DNA from: Phoronis australis
Lineage: Eukaryota > Animalia > Phoronida
Direction of reading: 5' to 3'
Length of the DNA stretch: 64,000 nt
Assembly: GCA_002633005.1 (NCBI GenBank)
Contig: NMRA01000503.1
Span: 62,001 to 126,000 of the forward strand
The notes beneath the pieces were generated by a model that ran no database searches, was not told the DNA's origin, and saw nothing but the letters and a program-made list of their open reading frames with translations. A program made the translations under genes and the position numbers. This document shows, in pieces, positions 13,101 to 25,000 of this stretch. The number at the start of each line of letters is the position of its first letter. The first letter of the stretch is position 1.

Positions 13101-16100
13101 CCTCAAAATTTTCCTTGTTACGATTGCAATTGTTTTTTACCAAAAAAGGGCCTGTTCAAAGAACCTCCATCTTGGGAAAGTTGGCGAACCCAACCTGTCA
13201 AAGCTAATGACATTTTGACATTCTTCTGTAAAATGAATAATCTGGAGACAGGAATCATTTTTCTCACATTATAGAAAGGACTAAAACAGAGTTTGTATGG
13301 ATAACTATGATGAAGTTTCTTCAATTTAGAACACAATATGGTAGAACAGAGAAAATTTCTTCTATCAAAAATTTCAACAAACATAATGAAACCTTTATTT
13401 CATTACTTCCATAATTTGTATTGTACAGCTGTCATCAACAAATACATGATGAAATTTTGAGCATTTTTCGCAATACAGTGAGCTTCTGAAAATGGAAATT
13501 ACCATTTCGGTAATTAGTTTTGCTCAAATTTGAGGAAACTTTACCATACCCTAGTTTATAAATATTGAACAAGAAAGAAATCTGCCATGAACTCTTTCAA
13601 ACTCTTAAAGTTCGAAACATTTGTCAAGGTTCCATCTAAATCTATATTAGCTTGCAGCTAGATATTCCGTGATGCACCAATTTCTTAAATTAAGAAATTG
13701 GTTGCATTAATAATACAACAAATTGACAACCCTAACAGCCACAAACCTGTGTGGAGTGCCCACTCAAACTGTCCAGTACATCCTGAGATGGCGGAGGGGG
13801 GAGGGGCGGTGGCTGATCCTCCAGAGAGTCCACAGAATCTCGTTTACTGCTGGTCCAGTTATTGGTCACTTGATTATACGACTGCTGCTGTGGCTGGAGA
13901 CGTACCTCAACTGATTGGGTCTTAATCGGGCTACTGTTAGACTGATTGGAAATGTGTGATGTAGTAGACTGGAGATCGGCTAGTAAAGCGTCTGGAAAAC
14001 AAGGAAACTACACTCAAGTTACATTCATACAACAGAAAATACAAAGACTAATACAAATGAGACTTGGAAAAACTAGTTAATAACCATTTTTGATACGCAA
14101 AGCAGTGACATAATGAAATTCACCTTGGGCCGGTTCCAACAAAACTGACTTAGCTAAGACAATTCCTAAATTTTACTATATTTTAAAATAAAAGTTCAAT
14201 TTGTCTCGAAATCATTTCAAGAAAGAGATCTTAAGCTTGATTTAAGTGTTTGACGTAAGTTTTGTCTTAATTTTGATGAATTTACCAGATGTGGAAGTTT
14301 CAAAGTTTTTAAGTTAAGACAAATCATAGACTTAAGTCAAAAATGAACTTAAGTCAGTTTCTTGGAACGGGCCCCTTGTCTCTAGATGGTTATTCAGTAT
14401 TTGGTGGATAGCGTTGGCATTCTTCAACCACAATTTAATACAGTAGGATTTCCCAACGTTTTTTATAAATTCTTGTCTACCATCATGCCTTCAAATTACT
14501 AATGTTACGCAGTGGTATACTTAAATAATTCATATAAAAAATTCCATTGTCTCCAATTGTCTGTGAATGAAAGAAATTGCATTTCATCCCTGTCAACTCC
14601 TGGAATAAGATGCAGGAATGGTCATTTTGAGAAGGTACTATCCACAGTAACTGTGAAATGACCACCAGTATCAATATTTTAGTCATTGAAATTGAATTTT
14701 ATCATGACAAGTTTGGTTTACCAGTATCGAGTTTGAAAATCTCTGAAACAAGTTTAAGTATTGACAGTAAGTCATTTCTTAAACAAATTAGGACATTTGG
14801 ATTTTCAGTATCAGCTAGTTCACTGCGTTTATTCCAAGACTTAACACACAAACTATCAACACTATGGGCATGGACTTTCGAACACATGCATGAATTTTGC
14901 AAATCCATTCAAATTTGAATTTTCTGTTGTGGAGAACACTGACCTTGCACACTAATGGAACTGGCCTGTCATGCACATCTGAATTACAAATGAGGTCAAG
15001 GTCAGTGAGAGTGACTCCAACCCCCAACCCTGTCAGTTTGGACTTGAGCAGCAGCCCTGCTCAGTTCAATCCAACTACTCAATTTTCAACAATTTCATTT
15101 CTGAATGACCATTTTCTATTGTATTCAACTAAACGTCCACTATATGAGTTTTAAACTTCCCGTGAATTTTACCATTGCTTTAAAAACGCACCATGTGTTA
15201 CAAAAGCAATATGACTGCCAGTTAAGTCAGAGGTCACGAGTACTACCAACATTTGCACAGTCAGAATCTCAAGCACTTCTCAAGCCATGGCTCATCACAA
15301 ACTAGCGTCTGAGCTTAACCTAGCTAACCCTTACTGAAGTCCTATGTCAATAATGATGAAACTCCTCAAATACTGCTATAATTCCACTAATTGCACCAAC
15401 ACCAGACAGCAAAGATAAATCAGGCTAGCCACACTGCCTGCAGGGCTCAGTAACAAGCTGCCAACCTGAGATAGAGACCAGTAGACAGAATCATTCCACC
15501 AACTAATAGGTGAATTAGACTTGCCAAAGGTCACCACTCCCCACCCCATTTCCTGTCATTGGAAACTGTGTTCAATAAGTGAGAGTTGTTAATATTGGTT
15601 TCCTTCCCCTTCATACGCTGGATCAAACAAGTCATTCAGTTCCCAACCAAAATCGGAAGTTACTATGATTCTTAGGAAGAACGAATAAGTTGATCAGCGG
15701 CTGTCTTATCACATCGAAAAAAAATTCTTCCGAGGCAAATATAAACTTTCAAAACAACATTACTGCCTTCTTGTCAAATTCCAGAAGTGAAATTGGTTAC
15801 AGTAATTCGCCTGCGGACAAATCCAATGTGTCAGTATCTTGATCTTTCGATTTCAGAGAGCTGAAACATTCATGCCGTGACTTGAAGCTTACAGGACCTG
15901 CTCTGAAGCAATAACAAACTAACAGTTCTTCTTGAGCCGAGAGATCATTTCTGAGCCCAGTAAGGAATAGAGATGGGACCAGTTTTACAACGGTTAGTGA
16001 CCTAAATCCAAAGATTTTTTGACAGAAAGCACCAGTTTAATGCCGCTTTCAGGATAGGTTCTATGAATTGATCAGAAAACATACCATGATTGTTCTTCCG

Positions 16101-19100
16101 AGCTAATTAAAACCACGGGCTATAAGCACTTATAAGGGTTATGGATTTTAGAGAACAAATTTGTTGATCGTTATTCAGTGCAGAAAACTGGTTCTAAAAA
16201 TGCAGGGAAGCTAACAACAAGAGTTTTTACTGAAGTTATTTTTGTTCAGAAATTGTGGAAAAATGAAAGATCACTTGGCCAACAAGTCAAATTCATTTTG
16301 TTAAAATTTTTCCCCAAAAGTAAAGATTAAGAACAATTAGAACATTTTTTTCTATCACAAGCATAGTTTGCAATGCCATAAAAATATGTTTGCTGAAGTT
16401 TCCACTATTTGCAAAAAAGTAATCAACCATTGAAAAGTGGAAAACAACCATTTCGGCAATTATTTTTGAGTGAAATGAGTGTAGAACTACAGTAAGTATA
16501 AGAAGTTTCCATAGTTTGTGTGCAGTGAGAAGGTACTGATGTCGGTGTAATTCCAAGGAACAAATCAAGACACCAGCCTTTCTGATTAAAGAAACTTCAG
16601 GTAAAATCATCTGAAATTCCAAGAAGCAAATACTTGGACAGCTGATGGACATTAATTAAGAACAGATGAACCTCTGTGGGTCAGCTGACCACTCTGAGAT
16701 AGCACATAAACACTGATGAACACTGAAAGCCTGCCCAAATTATATAGTTCTACAAATGAATAGCAAACTGATGAGTTGCAAGATATTCTAATTTTGTTTC
16801 AACGTTGATATTAGTTTTTGCGATGATCTCCCAACATGAAAACGATCTTGGAACAATTTTTGGTCAGCCGGCAAATTAACCACATGTTGGCAATGTTTGC
16901 ATACGTAATAAGCAGGTAATTTGATTCCAGGCAGAACATGACTAGAATGGTTAACCTTCACAGACTATACCCCAAGGTACTCTACAAGCCTTCAGAGGAA
17001 GACAGGCAGTCGGTTGTAGCTTCCCAAACAGTTGGTGTGCAACTGAATGGCTTTAGAATACCCCCAACATGCCATCCACTTGGAGGAATGTCTGCTACCA
17101 TATCAATAGGAGATCGTGTGTAGTTTTAAACTACAAAATAGTGATATGAGGCTTTAAATACATGAACTGAATAAACACAACCAGAGTAAAATTCCAAGAA
17201 CAAGGGATTAAAATGAGTAAGTACTTACTAGTTTAAATAGTTGGTATGGTTGCCAAAACTGCCAGGCAACTTTCAACAACTTCTCTTGCTTTACACACCA
17301 CTCTCCAAATAAGGCATTGCGGAATTTTGCAAGAGGTTCCCAATGGAGGCAACTCATCAGCACTATACCAATTTGTTGGGTCAGGCCACTGTTTCCTGCC
17401 TCATTGCAATTCATTGGGTTTATTACTAAGAGGTCTCGACTCCCATTATAAATTGAGTTTGAGCCCTTCAAAATGTCTGCAAGTTGATTGCCCACAGAAA
17501 ATAACACAGTGCAATCTACCATGACTCAATTAATTGTTTGAATTGGATGAAACTTTTAAATCCCACCACTATCTTGATTTTTTTTTATAAAAGCACAATT
17601 CTCTATTTGCAAAAAAAATCTCAATTTGCACATATATATGCCTAACAGTCTCGTACTGAACTCACCTGTTTCTCATCTATCAAAGACACAGTATTCTCAG
17701 CTTTTTAAGCACGGTGGAACACCACCCTGCATGCTCAAATTTTGATCCCCTGCTCAACTTCTGTTTGATTCTCCAATAAATTGTGACCATAGTGCTTTAA
17801 AAGGTTCTCAAAACTGTAAAATGATGGGTCACCACTACCGAATTTGTCAGTCCACTGCAGTCGGAATATTTCCATTTCCATTGAAAGTATTAACTAAATA
17901 TAGTCTTAATTATTCACAAATATAGCCAAACATTGAGATCTATAACACTCTGTCATTCCCACCATACTCAGCTGTAATCCTGGAGAGAACACAGACAAGA
18001 CTATCATTCAGTGTGAACGAACTTGTCACAAAGAATAGAAAACCGAGATAATACACAAAAACACAAGTAGACAGCAGTACTCGTTACTGATGTCAAGAGG
18101 GGTGATAAAAAGTATGATAAAAATATGACATGAAAAATATTGTTTTAAGAACGACTTTAAATGCCTCACAGCTGACTTAAGTTATAAAATTCAAAGAATT
18201 ATTCTACATGCAAACCATAGCTACTTGCAAGTACTTCAAAAAGTAACCCAAAACTTGGAAATGACTAACAACATTTTAAACTGGCAGTCAAATCTACTGT
18301 AATCTAGTTATGACCAGTGACCTGGCTACAGTTATTGACAGCTGTCAAGGGAGATAAAAAGGGAATTGCAGGTGGTCAATACCTGAAAAGCACCGGATGG
18401 CACAGACCACATAGGTCAGGCCCAATTACACAAAGCACATGAACAATGAGCCCACTTTTGGGGTGACACCAGGGGTTCATCCATCACTTCAAAAATAAGA
18501 GGTCCAAAATGGGTTTCCTAATTTGTCAGAGTGTGCATGACCAATAAAATGCAACAGCGTTTTTATGACCTCAAGTCAAATTGCTGTTATAGTGTGCTAA
18601 GTTACTGTGGAGAAATGGTTCTTCACTAAAGTTTTTCATATCATTCATCATTTTTAAATCAAGTTTTTATTCTGAGCAGGCCAAAGGGCTCCCAGAGCTG
18701 CTGTTAGCAAGCAAAAGAGACAACCATGTGTCCAAATTTGAGTCGAGGGGGAGGGCATTTAGATGCCCTCGCCACTGTCTAGATGAAGGCCTCGGTGACA
18801 ACCCCCGTAATCCATCCTACAAGCACACTACCACTAGTCACAGGTCTTATCTTAGATCAAAAAATAATGGAAATAGATTGGCTGTACAGTTGCTGTTTCA
18901 GTTGTTATCGAAAGAACAGAGATTTGTTTTCAACGAGATTTGTTGAAGGCAATAGACCTTTTTGGCAGTCCTTGTTTTTGAGCACTGAATAGCGTCATTA
19001 CTCAGTGGATGAAACTTGCTAAAGGGGTTATTGTCTCGCAGACATGCATCTTTGCTCATGGATGGACCTACCCTGCTCCCAAACATTATTCCGTACCTGT

Positions 19101-21423
19101 GATGTCACTTGCTTGCTCGCGGACAAACTTGTCAATCGAGCCGACGGACTATTTTCGTAGCTGTTTCGCACTTTTGAATTAATTATTTGAATGTCATAGA
19201 ATCAAAATCAAATACAAATTGATGTCCCTCTCAGCATACTGTGACTGCTATCCCCTTTATCAAATATCATTATAAATTTATCGATACTTAGCCAAAACTC
19301 GTGTTCACTGTATCACCATTTACTTCATAGGTCAACACCAGCACGTATTATCTTACAGATAACCAGAGTTATTTTCACATGTAATCATATGCATTATTTT
19401 CATTTTACATTTTATGTTGTAATATCTGGCATCAAAATCATTGCCAAGTGACCAATTATGCATTTGATAATTAGGCTTCATTTCAGCTTCTTCCATTAAG
19501 TACTCATTAATTATTCAATCTCCATGTAAAACGGTTCTTTGCCAAACTATTTTTTTGCGCGGACTTACCTGGTGACACAGCATACGAGGACAACCAACAA
19601 GTACAGTTGAGCACAAAATGAGTTCAATAGCATTTTCACCGTATCCTCAACAAACAATTGCAAATACACCAACATTTGACTTTTTTGTTTTTATTTTTAT
19701 AGGCAATAGATGTCTCAGCCAAGACATTTAAAACTAAATCACTGCTCAACACCAGAAAAATTTCAAATGAAGTCGAACCACGTGGAAGTAGCTTTTTACA
19801 CTATAATTTGTGCTATGAAATACCTTACCAGAGTACCTAATCTTGACACTGAACATAAGCATAAAATGTGAAACAACTACTGCATTAGTATGTTATCTGT
19901 TTGACCTGATCAGATATCGTATAATGAAGGTTGCAGCGTCAATAAGCTTACAAAGCCTATGAATGGGCTAAAAATGCGCGCAACAATGTGTTTGCTTTCT
20001 AAAGACCCATTTTGATAATACAGATGGCAACAGACTGAGTAAAATGTGATTAGAAAACACATCGTAGAGAATCTGCAACTGTAGTAGACTTGCAAGAAAC
20101 CTGTGCCATATTGGCTTTGTGCTCATGGGACTATGCAACCGTAACTATGGTACGCGTGGTCTAAGTTTGTTGGAACTATACATTTGCCAGTGTATAGGAT
20201 TAAAGAACATCAATGCAATCCATGTCATTGACTACGGCACGACCTTCGATTGGGATCATTCACTGATCAAACATTGCAGTCAATGAATGATCCCAATCGA
20301 AAGTCAGGCAGTAGCCATCCACAGAGTAGCTAGCAATCGACAACTGTGTCACGCAATGGCAAGATTGAGAACATCCCAAGACTTCCGGCAGGCTTCATTC
20401 GAAATGGATAGTTATGTTCCTTTTATTACATTAATAGTGCATGATGTTCTTAAAACAAAAGATCCAGATAAGGTCCCGTGTTTGTTTGTCAATGAAATTA
20501 AAGACCAGAACTCCATTACATTCAATGTGCTTGAGAACAAACAGAAAAACATACAGAAGGTTATGTTGAGGTTACACATCTGCCAGTCATGTCAAGAGGA
20601 GGCAGCAGGAGATCTGTCGATCATCTAGCTCACTGAATTGTTCTAAAATCCACATGCCAACAGCAGGTATCAAACATGGACCACTGCTCAGTCAAGAGGC
20701 AATTGCCAATTGACAATGTCACTTGATAATCAATTTAGAGACTCTTTCCTTTATACAATTACATCTACGTCACACTCAGAACGAGAAATTCACAACATTC
20801 CTCTCGATCATTCTGAGCAAGGAGGCCCTTGCTTTCTTTTGATGGGTGAGTAACTCCCTTTCTGCCTTACGAGTTTGGTGTGTGCCCTTCAAATCATGGA
20901 GTCTACCACTGTCACCAATAACAATGTAGAAAAAATCCACAAGCGGGCCGCAGGTATCAAAATTCAAACACGTCACGGGTTGCCAGCATGAGAGCCGAGC
21001 GTCCACACCATTCCGACAAAAGGCAATTGTCATTTATCAAGCAATTAAGAGAGGTTTTATAAATTATGTGACTGCACGTCACACCCGGAACCCAAAATTC
21101 ACAATAGTATTGAGCCTGAGGGCCACCCGGACACAGGTCAGTCAGTGCACAGGTACCAGAAATGCAATATATCTAAAAATCCACCCTCGTACTACTACTG
21201 TGGGAATTAAACTGCACAGTGTAATACTGAAATAGTATAGGGGGAGTCCTTTTGTATTGCAAAGCAGCTCATGTAACTTGTGCTGTGAGTCAGTCTCGCG
21301 GCACTGTCACTGGCCCTGCCCCACAGCCACAGCCACAGCCTGAGCGACGCGGTCGGTCAGCGAGCCGAGGACAATCATACCAAGTGCCTTATCCGGAGGT
21401 AAATACTCACCCAAATCTTCCAT
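3917..21423 (-). CDS. PXN: Paxillin, spliced gene model, 535 aa: complement(join(3917..4183,4968..5082,5877..5992,6211..6384,7196..7417,9582..9705,10989..11124,11990..12185,13747..13991,21411..21423))
   Basis: All introns are GT-AG with consistent phases; coding length 1608 nt. Motifs: LD1 [23 protein letters not shown]2 [15 protein letters not shown]3 [14 protein letters not shown]4 [19 protein letters not shown]5 [13 protein letters not shown], then four LIM domains ending [13 protein letters not shown], typical of the paxillin family. Confidence 0.95.
4968..5082 (-). CDS. PXN: Paxillin exon 9 (LIM3)
   Basis: Encodes [38 protein letters not shown]|gtaagt. Confidence 0.95.
5877..5992 (-). 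CDS. PXN: Paxillin exon 8 (LIM2)
   Basis: Encodes [38 protein letters not shown]; absent from the ORF track, read by hand. Confidence 0.95.
6211..6384 (-). CDS. PXN: Paxillin exon 7 (LIM1-LIM2)
   Basis: Encodes [19 protein letters not shown]...[10 protein letters not shown]|gtaagt. Confidence 0.95.
7196..7417 (-). CDS. PXN: Paxillin exon 6 (LD5, start of LIM1)
   Basis: Encodes VTGNT...[37 protein letters not shown]|gtaagg. Confidence 0.92.
7716..8740. mobile_element. Non-autonomous hAT-like DNA transposon (1025 bp) in paxillin intron 5
   Basis: 15-bp TIRs CAGGCCTTCATGCAG / CTGGATGAAGCCCTG, perfect 8-bp TSD AGTTAAAC (7708-7715, 8741-8748), repeated subterminal GGACRCCC motifs, no transposase ORF. 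Confidence 0.88.
9582..9705 (-). CDS. PXN: Paxillin exon 5 (LD4)
   Basis: Ends [20 protein letters not shown]|gtaagt. Confidence 0.92.
10989..11124 (-). CDS. PXN: Paxillin exon 4 (LD3)
   Basis: Encodes ANRQLPSPP...[16 protein letters not shown]; phases 1 and 2 fit the neighbouring exons. Confidence 0.85.
11990..12185 (-). CDS. PXN: Paxillin exon 3 (LD2)
   Basis: Encodes PVPGE...[24 protein letters not shown]; cag acceptor, gtaaga donor. Confidence 0.9.
12278..12433. repeat. 33-bp minisatellite (~4.7 copies) with alternating variants
   Basis: TCCCAGAGCATAGACTTGTAGGA core plus alternating 10-mers cacgtgtgca / tttgcgttca / caagtgtgca / ttcgcgttca. Confidence 0.9.
13747..13991 (-). CDS. PXN: Paxillin exon 2 (LD1, proline-rich motif)
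   Basis: ttccag|ACGCTTTACTAGCCGAT...ACACAG|gtttgt; encodes [15 protein letters not shown]...[11 protein letters not shown]. Confidence 0.85.
14127..14374. mobile_element. PIF/Harbinger-like (Tourist-type) MITE, copy 1
   Basis: ~25-bp TIRs GGGCCGGTTCCAACAAAACTGACTTA / TAAGTCAGTTTCTTGGAACGGGCCC; 3-bp TSD CTT; second copy at 38151-38356. Confidence 0.85.
20229..20317. repeat. ~90-nt long hairpin / palindrome in paxillin intron 1
   Basis: Arms gactacggcacgaccttcgattgggatcattcactga and tcaatgaatgatcccaatcgaaagtcaggcagtagcc pair over ~37 bp, with a perfect 18-bp core. Confidence 0.85.
21411..21423 (-). CDS. PXN: Paxillin coding exon 1 (MEDL-, 13 nt)
   Basis: ATGGAAGATTTGG|GTGAGT; the phase-1 end joins exon 2 to give MEDLDALLADL. 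Confidence 0.85.
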
Positions 21424-21529
21424 TTTAGTTTTAAAATATCCAAGGCAATGGTGTGTCACTAAATTCCGCAACTTGTGGTCACAATGCGAGTTGATAAAGT
21501 TCTCAACAAGCAAAACTAGCAGAATTATT

Positions 21530-21936
21530 GTACGTAAGCTTGGAATCTTGCTTAATCTCGAGATCGCATGGGCGTGAACATGGAATACACGAGGAAACTA
21601 GGCAAGTTCACTCAAAGAGTCGCGTTAACGTTGATAAAAACTTACAATACATTAAACAAATTACCTGTTGATGAAAAATGTAAACTTTAACCAACTCTTA
21701 TTGTTTTTTCAACTACTGGCAATCTTATTCCCCAAACAATAATTAATTAAGCGTTCATATATTCCTCCTATTCTGTGACATAACTTTTACTAAAGGAGAA
21801 AATGAGTGATTGTGAAGCCAATAACAACAAAAATTCTTTACACTGAACATAGAAGACACTTGATTGCTTTAATGATTTAATTTTAAGGTCACGCATACGC
21901 TATCTTGAGATTAAGCAAGATTTCAAGTTCACGCAC
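21530..21936. mobile_element. MITE family A copy just upstream of the paxillin ATG exon
   Basis: ~40-bp imperfect TIRs gtacgtaagcttggaatcttgcttaatctcgagat / atcttgagattaagcaagatttcaagttcacgcac; a second copy lies at 2198-2556. Confidence 0.75.
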
Positions 21937-21944
21937 AGCAGAAC

Positions 21945-22030
21945 GACGCCATATTGATGGTGTCACGTGGTCATTACGTCCCATCCAAACCCGGAAGTGC
22001 CTATGCCACAACTATGCCAACCAAAGCTGA
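21945..22030 (-). promoter_or_regulatory. Candidate paxillin core promoter
   Basis: Cluster of a YY1-like CGCCATATT, an E-box GTCACGTGG and an ETS site CCGGAAGT about 550 bp upstream of the ATG exon; motif evidence only. Confidence 0.4.
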
Positions 22031-25000
22031 GTCAGCCACTGGGGCGAGGACCGGACGACTTCTTTATTTGGTTTCGTTTATTTCGTAAAACACATACAAA
22101 AAATACAGGAAAAGGCAGGACCTAAACAAGAAAGAAGTGGGAAAGTAATAGGTAGCATTACCGTCTCAACAATGGTGGTTGTTATTACACCCAAATTCTC
22201 TGGCATTTGCCAGTAGTTGTAACTTTGTACATATTACTTACAAAAAGACTAAACAAGTTTATTTGTGTTTATCTTGACAAAGGGACATTTCCTAAAGGAA
22301 AGATGGCTTTAAATATGTTTCATACCAGTTTTTGTTATTCCATTTTTAATATTTTTGTATACTTTTTTCTTACCGGGAACGAGCTGATATCTTTTTTATT
22401 TTATTTTTATACTTGAAGTGCCAAAACGATGGTAGATCATTGATCGCCAGCAAAACTTAATTAGTTTAGTTAAGTGTGAACCCATCCCTGAACTTTCCAG
22501 ATTACACCTACACTAAACATTTCACAGTTAACAAAACTACGCATGTTACTAGTTCAAGTTTAATCTTTATTAGAACTCAAATCATAAAATGTATACAAAA
22601 GTGCAAATATGGTGATGGCCAAACTGAAAATTTGGAATCTGTGAACAATTTCGGTTACACTGATTAACTATTCTAACTATTGATGTCAGTCATAGAAAAT
22701 GAAGAGTTGGCACAAATTAAGACAACTGTTTCCTAGTAAAAATCTAGTTAAACGATCTGATTGAAAGAATATTAAAAGAACAATGCATGTGATATTGTTA
22801 ACTCTGATCAGCGTTTGTAAATCCAACGAGTATATCAATACGCACCCAATGTTTTAGCTTATTAGTTCATCGATTTTTGAAATCGAAAACACTACTTGGA
22901 CAATACGGTCATCACAACTATATCCGACTCTGGTGCCGCGCTCTCTTTGATCTTGGTAAAAGCCGCTCAGAAGGACGAGAGGTGAAAATTCCCGCATACC
23001 TTTAGAAATGCGTGACTTCCTTATAAGCGTCTTTCACGGCACGGTGTCCTGCGGGCAACCAAACTGCCCCCAAACCACCCACCGGCTGACCGGGAGCCGC
23101 GCTGCGATGTGAAAAATTTGCCAACATCGGGGAAGTTCAGTTAGTGGCCTTGCATGACGGGGGGGGGGGGGGGGNGCGATTTACTGCAGCAGAACCTAGA
23201 CCGACTACACTATCCAACGTTTGGTACACCATATACTGAGCACGGAAAAAACAATCAAAATTGTCCTGCTTGCCACAGGCGTGGCTGACTACGGACGTTC
23301 GGTAATGTCAGTCACGTCCCAAGGACAATAGAAAATTCACATTCTTTCAGTTGTTCGAACTGAAAGTATGAAACTTAAATTGAAATCATCGATGTGTTGT
23401 TCGTTTCAAACTAAAACTTGGCTTTGTTGCCATGCAGTGACGTAAGTGCCGTGTGTAGCACGTAGGATCGAGGAACCGCATGGTGCTCAAATATCTAAGA
23501 AGATTGAAAACTAATCACTAGTTTCATTCAATGCTAAATCTTTCACAGTTAATTGTAAAATGGATATGAGACAGAAGCTCAAGTCCACTTATACGATTTA
23601 AAAGTACAGAATTTGTGACCATAAAACAAATATCATAAAACGTCTATTCGTCAGCGATGATCGCACAAATTTTAACTGCCGCAGTCAGTGATTGCGGTTT
23701 CCATCACGTTTGGAATTTTTTTATTTCTGCACCATTAGTAGTGAAGTGGTCACTCTAGAGAGTTATGCAATAAACTGATTTCGTATTTTTTTAAAGGTAT
23801 GATACTGTCTTACCATTCAAAACCAGCGTTCATCAGCCGTGGCACCGAATTTACTGACTGCCGAACGCCCGGCCGGAAATGAAACGAGGCCACCGGATTT
23901 GAAAATCGTTAATTACTTCGATGAACTTGTTTTTACATTGACTTGTGCAACGCTTGAGCGCGAATAATTTTATTTTTACGACACCTATCAGTCAATTGTT
24001 CCACTCTCGCAAAGAAAGAGAAATAAAAGAGATTGCAAGCACAGGGAAATTATAGTGGCAACTAGGCCTAATTCCAAAATCTCGTGACAGGATGAGTCCT
24101 ACTGGTAGTGTCGAAACGGAGTCTCACTTTGCATTTATAAACCGCCGCCGAAGTGACACTTTTGTGATGATGAAATTCACGACGGAAAAAGTTCTATGCA
24201 ACTGCTTCGATATGAAAAGACTTTTCAAATGACAGTTGCTTTTTTATGTTATTAGCGTGTTTACATTTTTTGTCATTGTTGGCTGGCTCCAAAAGTTGTA
24301 GTCGATCTACTGCGCGTCGTTTTTAATTTACACCGACGTTAATATTGTTTTCTCTACTGACCGCTCGGCGGTGTGGAGTAAAGGGCGTTTAAATGGCGAA
24401 TTATGACTCGCGTCTTTTGCAGAAAACAACTTTTGATTCAGTCCACCTGTTGCAATAGAATCGGTTTCACCTTCCTTACTCTAATTAAAAATGACTTCTA
24501 GTATGTCTTGAGAAGAGCCGATTGGTCGGTATTGCTTCATATCAGGCCGGTCAGTAAAATTGCTTGAAAAGGGGGTTATTTTTACTCGACAATGCAACAT
24601 GGCCGTCAGGAGAATTCCAGGAAGTTGAATGAAATTATAGGTAGTGGCTAGTGCACTAACTCTTCAAATGTGGATTCATTTACAATAATAATTAGTTGGC
24701 CATTTTTAGTCTTTTGCACGGTAACTATATAAGGCCGCTTTGCCCGATGCGCAAAGGATGTGGGACCCGCGGTATGCCGGAATGTGACGTATAGTGATGA
24801 GCAGTCTTGTGTCAAAACATTGATCTAAAGCTTTTAGTCCATGTAATAGATATATGGAGTAGTCCAAGTGCTTTGTTCAAGGAAAATCATATTTTTTTCT
24901 TCGCGAACTTTATGAAACGGATTCCCTTTTCGCCACTTTCTCTGGAAAATTGATAAACTATTGTACAAAAAAGGAAGACAAATAATACAATTTTGATTAC

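Noticed and set aside
13698-13925. Plus-strand ORFs such as [12 protein letters not shown]
   Set aside because: Antisense shadows of proline-rich paxillin exon 2.
22973-22995. GAGAGGTGAAAATTCC resembling an SSU rRNA motif
   Set aside because: Short chance match; the flanking sequence has no rRNA similarity.
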